54,364 nucleotides of DNA from an uncultured cyanobacterium (GTDB taxonomy: Bacteria; Cyanobacteriota; Cyanobacteriia; CAKZMO01): contig CAKZMO010000005.1 in the NCBI GenBank assembly GCA_937128595.1, forward strand, positions 1-54,364, in the 5' to 3' direction. The notes beneath the pieces were generated by a model. The model saw only the letters and a program-made list of their open reading frames with translations, searched no databases and was not told where the DNA came from. Shown in pieces: positions 1 through 10,014 of the stretch. Within the stretch, counting starts at the first letter, position 1. Each line of letters opens with the position of its first letter. Both the position numbers and the translations under genes were made by a program.

Positions 1-1
1 T

Positions 2-199
2 TATCAGCTCGAGAAGTTTCCCGCCCAGTCCAAAGGATTAGTGATTTGGCTCCTCGAAGGCATCATTTTGTCGCGCCAAGAACTTGAGTATCTTGCTGCT
101 CTGCCGTCGATCGAGCCTCGTGTGCGTGTCGTTGTCGAGATGGGGGGCGATCGCCAATTTTCTTGGAAGCCCTTGAGCAAAATTCTAGAGGCTCAATAA
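2..199 (+). CDS. 3' end of a protein-coding gene that begins left of the window (function unknown)
   Basis: Frame 2 is open from the window edge to TAA at 197-199 (...KGLVIWLLEGIILSRQELEYLAALPSIEPRVRVVVEMGGDRQFSWKPLSKILEAQ*). It contains a HIP1 octamer. No family recognised. Confidence 0.4.
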   Translation, partial: YQLEKFPAQSKGLVIWLLEGIILSRQELEYLAALPSIEPRVRVVVEMGGDRQFSWKPLSKILEAQ

Positions 200-259
200 T
201 CGACTGTTGCTCTTAGAATCGCGATGCGAGTTATCAGTAGCGGTCACGCAGATTTCAAT

Positions 260-295
260 GAACGCCCCGCTTCCAGTTTTGGAGGCAGGGCGTTC
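260..295. terminator. Hairpin between two convergent genes (possible bidirectional terminator)
   Basis: gaacgccc (260-267) pairs perfectly with gggcgttc (288-295), and partial inner pairing extends the stem. It lies between the stop at 199 (+) and the stop at 326 (-). There is no strong T-tract on either side. Confidence 0.3.
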
Positions 296-325
296 TAGAT
301 TAATCGTGTTTTCAGAGAAGAGCCT

Positions 326-742
326 TTATCGCCTTTTAGAAGACAGAAATGCAGGAGAAACCTGCGCCGCATTCCACAAAGACAGCAGCTGTTCAGCACC
401 ATAGTCGTGCATGTCGAGAACGACAACGCCTTCCTCTGTGTCATTGAGATTCAATTTTGCCTGAACGGATACAGTCCAGTACCCGATCAAAGTCACTTCG
501 ATAGAGTTAGAGTCGGCGATCGCCCATTCTGCAACACCTGATGTCTCATCACTGCACAATCGATCGAGCAACACCATGCAATCTGCCTCACGAGGCATTA
601 GCAATGACGCTCGGCAGGATTCAGCATAAAATTCTCGACCCACGTGATGAGCCAAGTTTCTTTGCACCGTCATCCACGTCTGCACGGTTTCAGCCGTGAT
701 TTCCAAATATTGGCCTGTCTCTGTGTAAATCACCTTCAACAT
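326..742 (-). CDS. Hypothetical protein, 138 aa
   Basis: ORF track entry. The sequence looks globular and acidic (MLKVIYTETGQYLEITAETVQTW...). It contains HIP1. No family recognised. Confidence 0.55.
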   Translation of the reverse strand: MLKVIYTETGQYLEITAETVQTWMTVQRNLAHHVGREFYAESCRASLLMPREADCMVLLDRLCSDETSGVAEWAIADSNSIEVTLIGYWTVSVQAKLNLNDTEEGVVVLDMHDYGAEQLLSLWNAAQVSPAFLSSKRR

Positions 743-907
743 GGAAAAAATCCTCGGTTCCAGAGGTGGTTGGTTTCAGTCGTGTTGGAGACACGTTTCA
801 ATACAACTGGCTAACGCGATAGAAGATAAATCTGAGCTGCTCAGATGAATATTGCAGTTACGCTAGTCCAGGTCAGAGGCAGGACTGATAACGGGTTTGA
901 GAAAACC

Positions 908-947
908 ACACAAAAAGTCCCCCGCCTCTAAAGTGAGAAGCGGGGGA
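908..947 (-). terminator. Rho-independent terminator downstream of the 196-aa ORF
   Basis: tcccccgc (918-925) pairs with gcggggga (940-947) as an 8-bp GC-rich stem. On the minus strand the hairpin is followed by CTTTTTGTGTGGTTTTC. It starts about 24 nt after the stop of ORF 971-1561. Confidence 0.55.
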
Positions 948-970
948 AGAGTTGAGTTCAGCTCAAGTCT

Positions 971-1561
971 CTATCCAGGTGATGGGTATTGCTGCAACAG
1001 CTGTCCCCTCCCGCTTCGAATGTCGATATCACCTCCGTCGAGGTGCAAATATCGCAGGCTAACCGTGCCTAAAATGGCAGTGCCTAAGACATCAAAAATC
1101 TCTACTAGTCGCCCAAAGGCTCGAATGATCAAACCCAGAGCGTGAATTGGGCTCCGTTCGACACCCGCAGCCTGGGTGCAAGAGGAGGTGCCCGCTGACG
1201 CAACCCTTGAGCGAGCGATCGCCAGCACACTGACACACGACTCCCTTGAAGCTCTTGGCAAATTGGCGAATTGCATACCGCAGAATAGTCTCGAAACAAG
1301 CTCAACTCTCTGGATGAACATGTTGAGGAACCTTCTCCAACATGGACGCAAATTCAAGTACGAAGTCACAAGTTCTCCGCAATGAAAGCGTTGAACTCCC
1401 ACAACATTTTCAGAAAGCTCAATGTCGCCACTCGTTGATGTCATTAAAAAACGTGTGGTACCGCAAACAACATGATGAACGAACCCCGCACAGTTCTCGA
1501 AGTGTTGAACCGTGCCGTCCTCAGCAATATTCAATCGTGCTTTGGTAAAAGGCTTCATCAT
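971..1561 (-). CDS. Hypothetical protein, 196 aa, Cys/Arg-rich, no recognisable family
   Basis: It is the only long ORF in this interval, and the opposite strand has only 68-82 aa fragments. A good terminator follows it immediately. It contains HIP1. The composition is unusual, so coding status is not certain. Confidence 0.45.
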   Translation of the reverse strand: MMKPFTKARLNIAEDGTVQHFENCAGFVHHVVCGTTRFLMTSTSGDIELSENVVGVQRFHCGELVTSYLNLRPCWRRFLNMFIQRVELVSRLFCGMQFANLPRASRESCVSVLAIARSRVASAGTSSCTQAAGVERSPIHALGLIIRAFGRLVEIFDVLGTAILGTVSLRYLHLDGGDIDIRSGRGQLLQQYPSPG

Positions 1562-1747
1562 TTTTCGTGTCGTTGCGAACGTAATCCTATACAGTCTTGA
1601 CCCTATGCAGTCTTGGAATGAGCGAAAACCCAGTTCAAATCCATCTTTTTAGAAGAATATCAAGCCGGAACGCTTGAATTCCCAACCTAGTAGGTTGACC
1701 CGATTGGATGAACATTGAGTTGCTTTAGCCACTCTCGTTGCAAAATC

Positions 1748-1781
1748 ACAACTGCCTTTTAATATACTACAGTTGTAATAT
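1748..1781 (+). promoter_or_regulatory. Inverted repeat plus -10-like hexamers upstream of the RHH gene (candidate operator/promoter)
   Basis: acaactg (1748-1754) and cagttgt (1770-1776) form a 7-bp inverted repeat. TAATAT occurs at 1760-1765 and at 1776-1781, 70-90 nt upstream of the ATG at 1854. Confidence 0.3.
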
Positions 1782-1853
1782 GAGAGTGTCCACCCTAGAA
1801 AAATTTAGAGAGCTTCACGATCAATTCTTCAGACGATTCTTTTACCCTTTTCC

Positions 1854-2219
1854 ATGAAAAAAACAATGCAAACCTTAAGTCAATCCACATCCCCGCGCAC
1901 ACCGACTACGGAAATGGAGGTTACTAGCATCCGACTGGAGCGCGAATTGAAAGATCAGCTTAAGCAGTTGGCGGGCCATCAGGGGTATCAGGCGTTGGTT
2001 CGAGACATTTTATGGGCCTATGTGCAGCAGCAACAGCCTTCGCAAGCGGCCACTTTGTCACTGAATGATATTCGAGCGACCATGCCCGCTACAGCAATGC
2101 AAGAAGAAAACTGTGTCTTGAGTGGCGATCGCATCCAGCCCCACGATGCGATGTTGCTGGGATGGACAACCGCAGGCACAATTGTGCCGATTAGCCTCAA
2201 TAGCGTGCCGTCCCACTGA
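1854..2219 (+). CDS. Ribbon-helix-helix (CopG/ParD-like) domain protein, 121 aa
   Basis: The N-terminal segment MEVTSIRLERELKDQLKQLAGHQGYQALVRDILWAYV has the beta-strand/helix/helix pattern of RHH DNA-binding domains. The C-terminal ~65 aa are unrecognised. No partner toxin ORF is adjacent. Confidence 0.6.
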   Translation: MKKTMQTLSQSTSPRTPTTEMEVTSIRLERELKDQLKQLAGHQGYQALVRDILWAYVQQQQPSQAATLSLNDIRATMPATAMQEENCVLSGDRIQPHDAMLLGWTTAGTIVPISLNSVPSH

Positions 2220-2353
2220 ATGAATGAGCGAACGAACTGATACTGTCTGGTACTGTAATGAATGGCGATCGCCCCTACAGCCATTCATCAACGATTTAGC
2301 TGAAGCTTCGATCCAAGACTAGACCCAAAATAGCTCCACTCAAACCGATAACT

Positions 2354-3001
2354 ATGGCCTCTTCTGTCCAGGATTTTTCAACCGCTGTTCCCCTTGACCA
2401 GGTCAAGTTCAACAACCAGGGGTTAGTTCCGGCGATCGCTCAAGACTATCTCGACGGGACGGTCTTGATGATGGCCTGGATGAATCAGGAATCTCTACGG
2501 AAAACGCTAACGACTGGAGACGTATGGTACTGGAGTCGTTCACGTTCTCAGCTTTGGCATAAAGGCGAAACTTCAGGGCATCTACAGAAGCTGAAGGCGA
2601 TCCGTTATGACTGCGACAGCGATACCCTGTTGCTAACGATCGAACAAATTGGTGATATTGCCTGCCACACCGGAGAACGCAGTTGCTTTCATCAAGTTGA
2701 AGGTAGCGTTGAAGCTCCTCCCGCTGATACTTTGACTCAGGTGTTTCGTGTTGTGTGCGATCGGCGGGACCATCCTTCTCCAGACTCCTATACTTGCAAG
2801 TTGTTGGAGGGGGGAGACAACAAGATTCTCAAGAAAATCGGGGAAGAGTCGGCTGAAGTCGTTATGGCCTGCAAGGATGACGATAAAGAGGCGATCGCAG
2901 GAGAAGCAGCAGACCTTCTGTACCACACGCTAGTTGCCCTAGCTCATCACAACGTTGATCTTCGAAACGTTTATCAGAAGCTACAAGAACGTCGTGGATA
3001 A
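2354..3001 (+). CDS. hisIE: Bifunctional phosphoribosyl-AMP cyclohydrolase / phosphoribosyl-ATP pyrophosphatase
   Basis: 215 aa. HisI part: GLVPAIAQD...[10 protein letters not shown]...[19 protein letters not shown]...DCDSDTLLL...[10 protein letters not shown]. HisE part: [22 protein letters not shown]...[13 protein letters not shown]. Confidence 0.95.
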   Translation: MASSVQDFSTAVPLDQVKFNNQGLVPAIAQDYLDGTVLMMAWMNQESLRKTLTTGDVWYWSRSRSQLWHKGETSGHLQKLKAIRYDCDSDTLLLTIEQIGDIACHTGERSCFHQVEGSVEAPPADTLTQVFRVVCDRRDHPSPDSYTCKLLEGGDNKILKKIGEESAEVVMACKDDDKEAIAGEAADLLYHTLVALAHHNVDLRNVYQKLQERRG

Positions 3002-3063
3002 ACTCTTCAGCACAGCTTTTCAGAAGCACTTTCACGGATGGTTGAACGCTGTCTGATACCCCG

Positions 3064-4035
3064 TCAATACGCTCGACTCAGCACGTAATCTGCAAGCTTG
3101 ATGAGTGTTTTCTGAGACTCTGTCGCAGGTAGACTTTCTAAATGTTCTACTGCGAACTTGCTGTGAGCCCGTGCAAGTTCGCGGGCCCGTTGAATGCCTT
3201 CGCTATCACGGATGATGGCGATCGCCTCTTCAAAATCTCCGTCTTCAGCAAACTCACGATCAATTAGCACGCTCAAATAAGGCTTTTCCTCCATTGCATA
3301 GAGCGCAGGAGCTGTCAGATTCCCACTCTGTAAATCTGAGCAAGCGGGCTTTCCAAGAACATCTTCAGAAGCTGTGAAATCCAAAATGTCATCCACGATT
3401 TGAAAGGCAAGTCCCAAATGCCGACCATAAGAATACAAATGGTCTTCCACTTCTGGCGAAACCAGGCTCAAGACACCGGCGGCCTTAGAACTATTCGCAA
3501 TTAGTGAAGCGGTTTTGTAATAGCTTTTTTCGAGATATGCGTCAATAGATAATGTCGAGTCGAAGCGATTCAATCCTTGCTGAATCTCTCCTTCAGCGAG
3601 ATCCATGATGACCTTAGACAGCAATTTGACGACAGTTAAGTTATCTAAATTCGCCAAATGCCAGGAAGATTGCGCAAACAGAAAATCACCTGCTAATACA
3701 GCAATCCGATTGCCAAAACTACTATGAACCGTCGGAACTCCTCGACGCAGTTCTGCTTCGTCAACAACGTCGTCGTGCACCAGACTCGCCGTGTGAATCA
3801 TTTCGGTTATTTCAGCCAGACGACGATGCTTGGATGTAATGTCTTGGCTCGGCATCGTTGCTCTGGAAATGAGCAGCACGATAGCAGGTCTCAAACGCTT
3901 TCCTTTCGCACCAAACAAGTGCTCAGCGGCAGCATAGAGAATTGGATGTCGCGCACCAACGAGTTGCTTAAGAGTTTCGGTCAGCAGATGCAAATCCGAC
4001 TCAACGGGCGAAAACAAAGAGGTTGCTGAGGTCAT
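3064..4035 (-). CDS. sds: All-trans polyprenyl (solanesyl) diphosphate synthase
   Basis: 323 aa. Both aspartate-rich prenyltransferase motifs are present (LVHDDVVDE and QIVDDILDF). The N-terminus SLFSPVESDLHLLTETLKQLVGARHPIL is typical of cyanobacterial Sds. Confidence 0.88.
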   Translation of the reverse strand: MTSATSLFSPVESDLHLLTETLKQLVGARHPILYAAAEHLFGAKGKRLRPAIVLLISRATMPSQDITSKHRRLAEITEMIHTASLVHDDVVDEAELRRGVPTVHSSFGNRIAVLAGDFLFAQSSWHLANLDNLTVVKLLSKVIMDLAEGEIQQGLNRFDSTLSIDAYLEKSYYKTASLIANSSKAAGVLSLVSPEVEDHLYSYGRHLGLAFQIVDDILDFTASEDVLGKPACSDLQSGNLTAPALYAMEEKPYLSVLIDREFAEDGDFEEAIAIIRDSEGIQRARELARAHSKFAVEHLESLPATESQKTLIKLADYVLSRAY

Positions 4036-4717
4036 GGGTAAGCCGACTCAGGCGGTAGAGTTACGAAATTTTACAGACTTTGTCTTCATTCTAAGACAAC
4101 CCTTCTCCATGTGGAAAACTTTACATTCGAAAATTACAGGTTGAAGCCCCAATCTAGAAGGAATCTGAGCATTCTACAAGATGCAAACCAGAATCATGTA
4201 ACATGAGCCTTCTCTTACAACCCTTGACCCATAAGGATTTCAGCTCATTGAATATGTACGGTTTGTCTGAGTTCCTCTCTTGAGAGGGCTAAATCCAAAA
4301 AAGCAAAACAAACACAAAAGCTGCAAAAGACCTTCGAAAAAGGCTCTCAGCTATCCTCCGTCTTAGGAAAGCTATGTTATTCTAGTATTTAAGGATTTAT
4401 ATCAAAAAAGAATATTGACGGAATCAAGCTTGCTGAATAAGCCGTTCTCGTATTGAGACTGACTTGAGCCAGTGAATCACTTCTCAAGATTGATGCATAA
4501 AGCTCGGAATAGCATTGCAGTGATAAAGCAAGAGATTGAAGTGCTGTTAACAGTCCTACAGTTTCTTGGTCGTCTAAACGCTAAAGCTAGCTTGCTCTGA
4601 TCAATGTGTTGACGCAGATGAGTTCATCGATCACTCTCGCGCTTTGGTATTTATCCAAGCGAAGGTTCTGCTCAGGTATATGTATCCGCTTACCCCACAT
4701 TTGTCTTTCCAAGTGCC

Positions 4718-4825
4718 ATGTTTATGCAACACAGCGTTCCAATTACCATCGTTATGACTGCTTCCGCATACCTTATTGCGGTGTACCTCATCCTTTTTGT
4801 CGTTCAACGTTCTAGAAGAGCATAG
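4718..4825 (+). CDS. Candidate small single-pass membrane peptide (35 aa), unannotated in the ORF track
   Basis: ATG 4718 to TAG 4823-4825 encodes MFMQHSVPITIVMTASAYLIAVYLILFVVQRSRRA. This is one hydrophobic helix with a basic C-terminus. Two strong hairpins lie 65-150 nt downstream. There is no clear Shine-Dalgarno sequence. Confidence 0.2.
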   Translation: MFMQHSVPITIVMTASAYLIAVYLILFVVQRSRRA

Positions 4826-4890
4826 CTGCATTCACAAAGCTTACGTATCGTCATTCCCAGATTTGCTTTGCTGTAGCTTGAAGAAATCAG

Positions 4891-4976
4891 GGCGTTCAAT
4901 GCATCATAGGCTATTGAACGCCAAAATATCTCGCAATAAGAAGAGGATGCTGTGTAGAGCATCCTCTTTCTTTATA
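4891..4976 (+). terminator. Two consecutive perfect 10-bp hairpins; the second is a rho-independent terminator
   Basis: Hairpin 1: ggcgttcaat (4891-4900) pairs with attgaacgcc (4913-4922). Hairpin 2: aagaggatgc (4941-4950) pairs with gcatcctctt (4959-4968) and is followed by TCTTTAT. Confidence 0.5.
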
Positions 4977-5274
4977 ACCGACTCTTTTTCAGCAACATTT
5001 ATCTGTTTCAATCGTCACTGTGTCTCTTTTCGGTCGTTCTATGAAGAGAGCAAGGAAGCTGAGCGATCGCCGTTCGGAAATCCGACTAACCAAGTGGCCT
5101 AGCAGTTTTGCAGTTGAAGTACGTGAGGCTCATTTTCTACCAAAAGCACAGCTCGCCTAAGAAGAAATCTTTTTGCGGGGGTTCATAGAGAGTGCTCAAT
5201 CGCTACGGAGCTTAAATTTCAGAATCCTCTTTTGGACTGCTGCAAAGTTCTTTCCAAAAAAATAGAAGAAAGCG

Positions 5275-5303
5275 TAGACAGTCTTCGCCACACTGTGTAT
5301 TAT
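5275..5303 (+). promoter_or_regulatory. Candidate sigma70-type promoter of the ribosomal protein operon
   Basis: TAGACA (5275-5280), a 17-nt spacer, then TATTAT (5298-5303). An A-rich tract (ccaaaaaaatagaagaaag) precedes it. This promoter would give a ~430-nt leader before rplC. Confidence 0.3.
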
Positions 5304-5731
5304 GGTTAATCGTGGCTGAAATAGTTCACAGGAATTCAATAATTCTCGGCGAAGTTAGAAAGCTAAACCATAAAGCTAGAAAGCTTGCTGAGTGACGAAT
5401 TGCTCAAGAGTAGATACAAGTTCTTGAATTCGAGTCACTAGTTTAGCTCAGGTTAAACTTCCGGGCATGAACCTTCCTCAAGTGAAGTATTTCTAGAAAG
5501 CCACGTTCAGCGCCACACAAGATACTGGATGTTTGTCTACAACATTTAAGTCTTGGCGCTCTTTGCAAGCTGTTGCCGATTATATTTCAGGATCAGTAAA
5601 AGTAGCACAAATGTGCTCAGATTCTTTCTGAAAGGCAATTTGGGTCTGGTAGTAGTTGCTTTTCGGCGCAGAAAAGTGAACTGTCAGGTTTGCCCATAGG
5701 GGCACGTTTCACTATGACCTGAGGAGGTTTA

Positions 5732-6367
5732 TTGGCGGTGGTACTAGGAATCCTTGGCACCAAATTGGGTATGACCCAAATTTTTGATGAAGAAGGTCGC
5801 TCTATTCCCGTGACTGTAGTAGCGGCTGGACCTTGTCCAGTAACACAAATCAAAACTTTTGAAACAGATGGCTATACCGCTGTGCAAGTTGGCTACGGTA
5901 ACGTCAAAGAAAAAGCTTTGACCAAGCCAGAGTTAGGACACCTCCAAAAGGCAAGTGTCACTCCTGTTCGTCATCTTCAAGAATATCGTCTGCAAGATGT
6001 CAGTCCTTATGAGATGGGGCAAGAAATCAAAGTAGACATCTTTGAGGCTGGGCAAGTCGTTGATGTCACCGGAAAAACCATCGGTAAAGGTTTTACTGGA
6101 TATCAAAAGCGTCACAACTTTCGACGAGGCCCTATGTCTCACGGCTCCAAAAATCATCGCTCGCCTGGTTCAACTGGAGCAGGAACAACACCTGGCCGTA
6201 TTTATCCAGGAAAGCGCATGGCAGGGCAATCGGGTAACACTCAAGTCACAATCCGAAAGCTGTCGATAGTAGAAATTGACTTAGAACGAAATTTGCTGCT
6301 AATAAAGGGAGCTATTCCTGGAAAGGCAGGTTCCTTCCTCAACATCAAACCGACCAAGACGTGGTAA
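5732..6367 (+). CDS. rplC: 50S ribosomal protein L3
   Basis: 211 aa. [25 protein letters not shown] is the canonical L3 N-terminus. GAGGAGG lies at 5721-5727. The start is TTG 5732, with GTG 5738 as an alternative. Confidence 0.97.
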   Translation: MAVVLGILGTKLGMTQIFDEEGRSIPVTVVAAGPCPVTQIKTFETDGYTAVQVGYGNVKEKALTKPELGHLQKASVTPVRHLQEYRLQDVSPYEMGQEIKVDIFEAGQVVDVTGKTIGKGFTGYQKRHNFRRGPMSHGSKNHRSPGSTGAGTTPGRIYPGKRMAGQSGNTQVTIRKLSIVEIDLERNLLLIKGAIPGKAGSFLNIKPTKTW

Positions 6368-6391
6368 TTGAGCAGAGCAGGTATAAACATC

Positions 6392-7024
6392 ATGGTTGAC
6401 TGTGTAATTCGCAACTGGCAAGGTGAAGAGGTCGGAAAGGCAGACTTAGATTTAGCGGTTGCTCAAGACGAAAATGCATCGCATATTGTCCACCGTGCCT
6501 TAGTGCGTCAAATGGCTAACGCACGTCAAGGTACTGCATCCACTAAAACACGTGCCGAAGTCCGAGGTGGTGGCCGTAAGCCTTGGAGGCAGAAAGGAAC
6601 AGGGCGGGCAAGAGCGGGCTCTATTCGTTCTCCTTTGTGGCGTGGAGGTGGTGTCATCTTTGGTCCTAAGCCACGAGACTATCAGACCAAGATGAATCGA
6701 AAAGAAAGGCGGCTAGCTCTCCGTACTGCACTTCAAGGCCGTGCCGACGATTTGATCGTAGTTGAAAGCTTCTCTGAAAACCTTCAGCGGCCTCGGACAA
6801 AAGATTTAGTTGCAGCTATTGGACGCTGGGGTGTCGAAGCTAATTCTAAGGTGCTTTTAGTTGTAGGCCAGCGAGAGGAAAATCTAGAGCTCTCTGCACG
6901 CAACGTACCTAGCATCAAGCTTATTACTGCTGGAAACCTTAACGTCTATGACTTGTTGATAGCAGATCATATCTTAGTCACCGCTCCAGCTTTAGATTCG
7001 ATTAAGGAGATTTATCGTGCCTAA
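6392..7024 (+). CDS. rplD: 50S ribosomal protein L4
   Basis: Contains the L4 core [43 protein letters not shown] 6392 (MVDCVIRNW...) is preferred over the track's TTG 6368. Confidence 0.95.
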   Translation: MVDCVIRNWQGEEVGKADLDLAVAQDENASHIVHRALVRQMANARQGTASTKTRAEVRGGGRKPWRQKGTGRARAGSIRSPLWRGGGVIFGPKPRDYQTKMNRKERRLALRTALQGRADDLIVVESFSENLQRPRTKDLVAAIGRWGVEANSKVLLVVGQREENLELSARNVPSIKLITAGNLNVYDLLIADHILVTAPALDSIKEIYRA

Positions 7025-7319
7025 GACAGAACTTCGCGACTTGCCTGATCTAATCAGACGTCCAATTGTTACTGAGAAAGCAACAATTCAGTTAGAGAAT
7101 AACCATTACACTTTTGAGGTTGTTCCAACTGCAACTAAGCCTCAGATCAAGGCTGCAATCGAGGATTTGTTTGATGTCAAAGTTACATCGGTTCGTACCA
7201 TGACTCCACCTCGCCGTAAAAAGCGCATGGGTCGCTTCATGGGCTACAAGCCTCACTACAAAAAGGCTGTTGTAACTCTGGCTGAGGGTGACTCCATAAC
7301 CCTATTCCCAGAGGTTTAG
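7017..7319 (+). CDS. rplW: 50S ribosomal protein L23
   Basis: 100 aa. [25 protein letters not shown]...KVTSVRTM is L23-like. The GTG start overlaps the rplD stop by 8 nt. Confidence 0.95.
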   Translation: MPKTELRDLPDLIRRPIVTEKATIQLENNHYTFEVVPTATKPQIKAAIEDLFDVKVTSVRTMTPPRRKKRMGRFMGYKPHYKKAVVTLAEGDSITLFPEV

Positions 7320-7420
7320 GGCGGTTTTCATCAAGTATTAGTTTTGCAAAGATGCTGGTCTGTGCTGGCAAATTCATAAGTACGGCAACGTGTTTGCCTG
7401 TTGTGTCAAAGAGTTGAGCC

Positions 7421-8284
7421 ATGGGAATCCGTTCTTACCGACCATATACTCCCGGAACTCGAGAGCGAGTTGTTTCAGATTTTTCTGAGGTTACGCGGAG
7501 CAAGCCTGAAAAGTCATTGACTCGCCATGTTCACCGTCCTAAGGGACGAAACAACAGAGGAGTTATCACCTGTCGCCACCGAGGTGGTGGTCACAAGCGG
7601 CTCTATCGGATTGTCGATTTTCGCCGTGACAAGCGAAATATTCCCGCAAAAGTTGCCTCTGTCGAGTATGACCCGAACCGAAATGCCCGTATCTCTTTAC
7701 TCCACTACGAGGACGGTGAGAAGCGGTATATCATATATCCTGCAAACCTAGTAGTCGGTTCCACTGTAATTGCAGGTGAAAGCGCTCCTTTCGAGGTTGG
7801 TAATGCTATGCCTCTGGCAAACATACCTCTAGGTACGGCTGTTCACAACGTTGAACTTTATCCCGGGAAGGGCGGACAAATTGTTCGTGCAGCTGGTGCA
7901 TCGGCTCAGTTGGTGGCTAAAGAGGGTGACTTTGTCACTTTGAAGCTGCCTTCTAGTGAAGTTCGAATGATTCGACGCGAATGCTATGCAACTATTGGCC
8001 AGGTTGGCAACGCTGATGTACGAAACTCCAGTTTGGGAAAGGCGGGTCGCAAGCGCTGGAAAGGACGTCGCCCAGAAGTTCGGGGCAGCGTTATGAACCC
8101 AGTCGATCACCCTCATGGTGGTGGAGAAGGACGTGCACCAATCGGTCGTAGTGGGCCTGTGACTCCTTGGGGTAAACCTGCCTTGGGGTACAAAACACGT
8201 AAGCGTCGTAAGCTTAGCGATGCTTTGATTGTTCGACGCAGACGACGAACATCTAAGCGTGGTCGCGGAGGTCGTAATGCGTAG
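7421..8284 (+). CDS. rplB: 50S ribosomal protein L2
   Basis: 287 aa. Starts [14 protein letters not shown] and contains [18 protein letters not shown] and [14 protein letters not shown]. Confidence 0.98.
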   Translation: MGIRSYRPYTPGTRERVVSDFSEVTRSKPEKSLTRHVHRPKGRNNRGVITCRHRGGGHKRLYRIVDFRRDKRNIPAKVASVEYDPNRNARISLLHYEDGEKRYIIYPANLVVGSTVIAGESAPFEVGNAMPLANIPLGTAVHNVELYPGKGGQIVRAAGASAQLVAKEGDFVTLKLPSSEVRMIRRECYATIGQVGNADVRNSSLGKAGRKRWKGRRPEVRGSVMNPVDHPHGGGEGRAPIGRSGPVTPWGKPALGYKTRKRRKLSDALIVRRRRRTSKRGRGGRNA

Positions 8285-8364
8285 ACCTGCTTCTTGAGTA
8301 GATTTGTCTCTAAGCTAAATTTGCGAAAGCTGTATCTTGCTATCACTAGATCGAGGTAATTTTT

Positions 8365-8643
8365 ATGTCGCGCTCACTCAAGAAAGGTCCTTTTGTAGCA
8401 GATCATTTACTCTCTAAAATCGAAGCGCTAAACGCGAAAGGCGATAAGCAAGTTATTAAGACGTGGTCGAGAGCTTCGACGATTATCCCTCAAATGATCG
8501 GACATACAATTGCAGTTCACAACGGTCGGCAACACGTGCCTGTCTTCGTTACAGAGCAAATGGTTGGGCACAAGTTAGGCGAGTTTGCCCCGACTCGTAC
8601 GTTTAGAGGACATGCCAAGAGTGATAAGAAAGCTCGTCGTTAA
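8365..8643 (+). CDS. rpsS: 30S ribosomal protein S19
   Basis: 92 aa. Starts [16 protein letters not shown] and contains [35 protein letters not shown]. Confidence 0.98.
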   Translation: MSRSLKKGPFVADHLLSKIEALNAKGDKQVIKTWSRASTIIPQMIGHTIAVHNGRQHVPVFVTEQMVGHKLGEFAPTRTFRGHAKSDKKARR

Positions 8644-8762
8644 GGCAGAGCTTTTGAGGTTTGGATAGAGTCAGACTTCTACTCGATTGTCAGGCTTGAG
8701 AAAGTAAATCGTCTTATATGTCGTGTGTGGATTGGGACAGTTAATTCAAGAAGGTATGGGAA

Positions 8763-9125
8763 ATGGTGGCTACTGCTGAAAACGAAGTCAAGGCGATCGC
8801 TCGATATATTCGAATGTCACCCTTTAAAGCACGCCGAGTCCTTGATCAGATTCGAGGACGGTCTTACCGGGAGGCTTTGATTATCTTAGAGTTTATGCCA
8901 TACAAAGCGTGTGAGCCTATCCTCAAGGTGTTGAGATCAGCTGTTGCGAATGCTGAGCACAACGAAGGCTATGCACCTGCGGATTTAATGATCAGTAAGG
9001 CTTATGCGGATCAAGGCCCTGTTTTTAAGCGATATCGCCCAAGAGCTCAGGGACGTGCGTATCAGATTAGGAAGCCAACTTGTCATATTACCATTGCTGT
9101 CGCTCCTACATTTGAGGAAGAGTGA
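8763..9125 (+). CDS. rplV: 50S ribosomal protein L22
   Basis: 120 aa. [57 protein letters not shown]. Confidence 0.97.
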   Translation: MVATAENEVKAIARYIRMSPFKARRVLDQIRGRSYREALIILEFMPYKACEPILKVLRSAVANAEHNEGYAPADLMISKAYADQGPVFKRYRPRAQGRAYQIRKPTCHITIAVAPTFEEE

Positions 9126-9208
9126 CGTCTTCAAAGGGAAGATTGCTCAGCATCCGAATTAGTTAATCGCTCAAATCTCAATCTATACAAGGCTTTAGGG
9201 GACATACT

Positions 9209-9955
9209 GTGGGACAGAAAATCCACCCAACTGGTTTTCGGTTAGGAATCACACAAGAGCATCGGTCTCGATGGTTTGCTGATTCCAATCGCTATTCAGA
9301 ATTATTACAAGAAGATCATCAAATTCGTCAGTATATCTACACAGATAAAAGTCTAAGCAACGCGGGTATCTCGGATATCCGTATTGAGCGAAAAGCAGAT
9401 CAAATCGATCTAGAGATCCGTACTGCACGACCAGGCGTCGTTGTGGGTCGGGGAGGCTCAGGTATCGAATCGCTCAGAGAAGGTTTACAGAAAGAACTGC
9501 GAGATAGCAATCGTCAGATTCGCATTAACGTCGTGGAGGTTGCCCGAGTTGATGCTGATGCAGCTCTTGTGGCCGAGTTTATCGCGCAACAACTTGAGCG
9601 GAGGGTTTCCTTTCGCCGAGTTATTCGCCAAGCCATTCAGCGCGCTCAACGAGCAGGCGTAGAAGGCATCAAAATTCAGGTAAGCGGGCGGCTCAATGGA
9701 GCAGAGATTGCACGTACTGAATATACGCGTGAGGGAAAAGTACCTCTTCACACACTGCGAGCAGATATTGACTACTCTTATCGCACTGCTCAGACCATTT
9801 ATGGTGTCTTGGGCATCAAAGTTTGGATTTTCAGAGGAGAGATTGTGCCCGGTCAAGAAGACGTCGCTGCAACGAACAATGTTCAGCCACGACGTCGTCA
9901 GCAACAGCAGCAGCGTCGGCGTCAGCAATTTGAAGATCGATCGAGCGAATCTTAG
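9209..9955 (+). CDS. rpsC: 30S ribosomal protein S3 with a Gln/Arg-rich C-terminal tail
   Basis: 248 aa with a GTG start. Starts [24 protein letters not shown] and contains [13 protein letters not shown]. The tail reads [22 protein letters not shown]. Confidence 0.97.
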   Translation: MGQKIHPTGFRLGITQEHRSRWFADSNRYSELLQEDHQIRQYIYTDKSLSNAGISDIRIERKADQIDLEIRTARPGVVVGRGGSGIESLREGLQKELRDSNRQIRINVVEVARVDADAALVAEFIAQQLERRVSFRRVIRQAIQRAQRAGVEGIKIQVSGRLNGAEIARTEYTREGKVPLHTLRADIDYSYRTAQTIYGVLGIKVWIFRGEIVPGQEDVAATNNVQPRRRQQQQQRRRQQFEDRSSES

Positions 9956-10014
9956 CGTCATCAGGTCATCAAAAGTTCAGTCGGAAGTAGAGCCAGTGCA
10001 GAAGGTGTCAAATT

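Noticed and set aside
897-1548. Three plus-strand ORFs (82, 69 and 68 aa)
   Set aside because: They are fragmented across two frames and antisense to the 196-aa ORF, which has a matching terminator. There is no support for a plus-strand gene, although the 196-aa call itself is only moderate.
4295-4308. The 14-mer ccaaaaaagcaaaa is shared with 42517-42530, so both large ORF-free tracts contain it
   Set aside because: It is a low-complexity A-rich string with no extended similarity around it, so it is probably coincidence.
4606-5102. Track ORFs of 69, 108 (+) and 66 (-) aa in the ORF-poor tract
   Set aside because: They have Cys/His/Arg-rich compositions that do not look protein-like. The 108-aa frame reads straight through two perfect terminator-type hairpins.
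5444-5454. TAGCTCAGGTT, resembling a tRNA D-loop
   Set aside because: There is no downstream T-loop or acceptor-stem complementarity.
9485-9961. 158-aa minus-strand ORF
   Set aside because: It is antisense to rpsC, so it is a shadow ORF.
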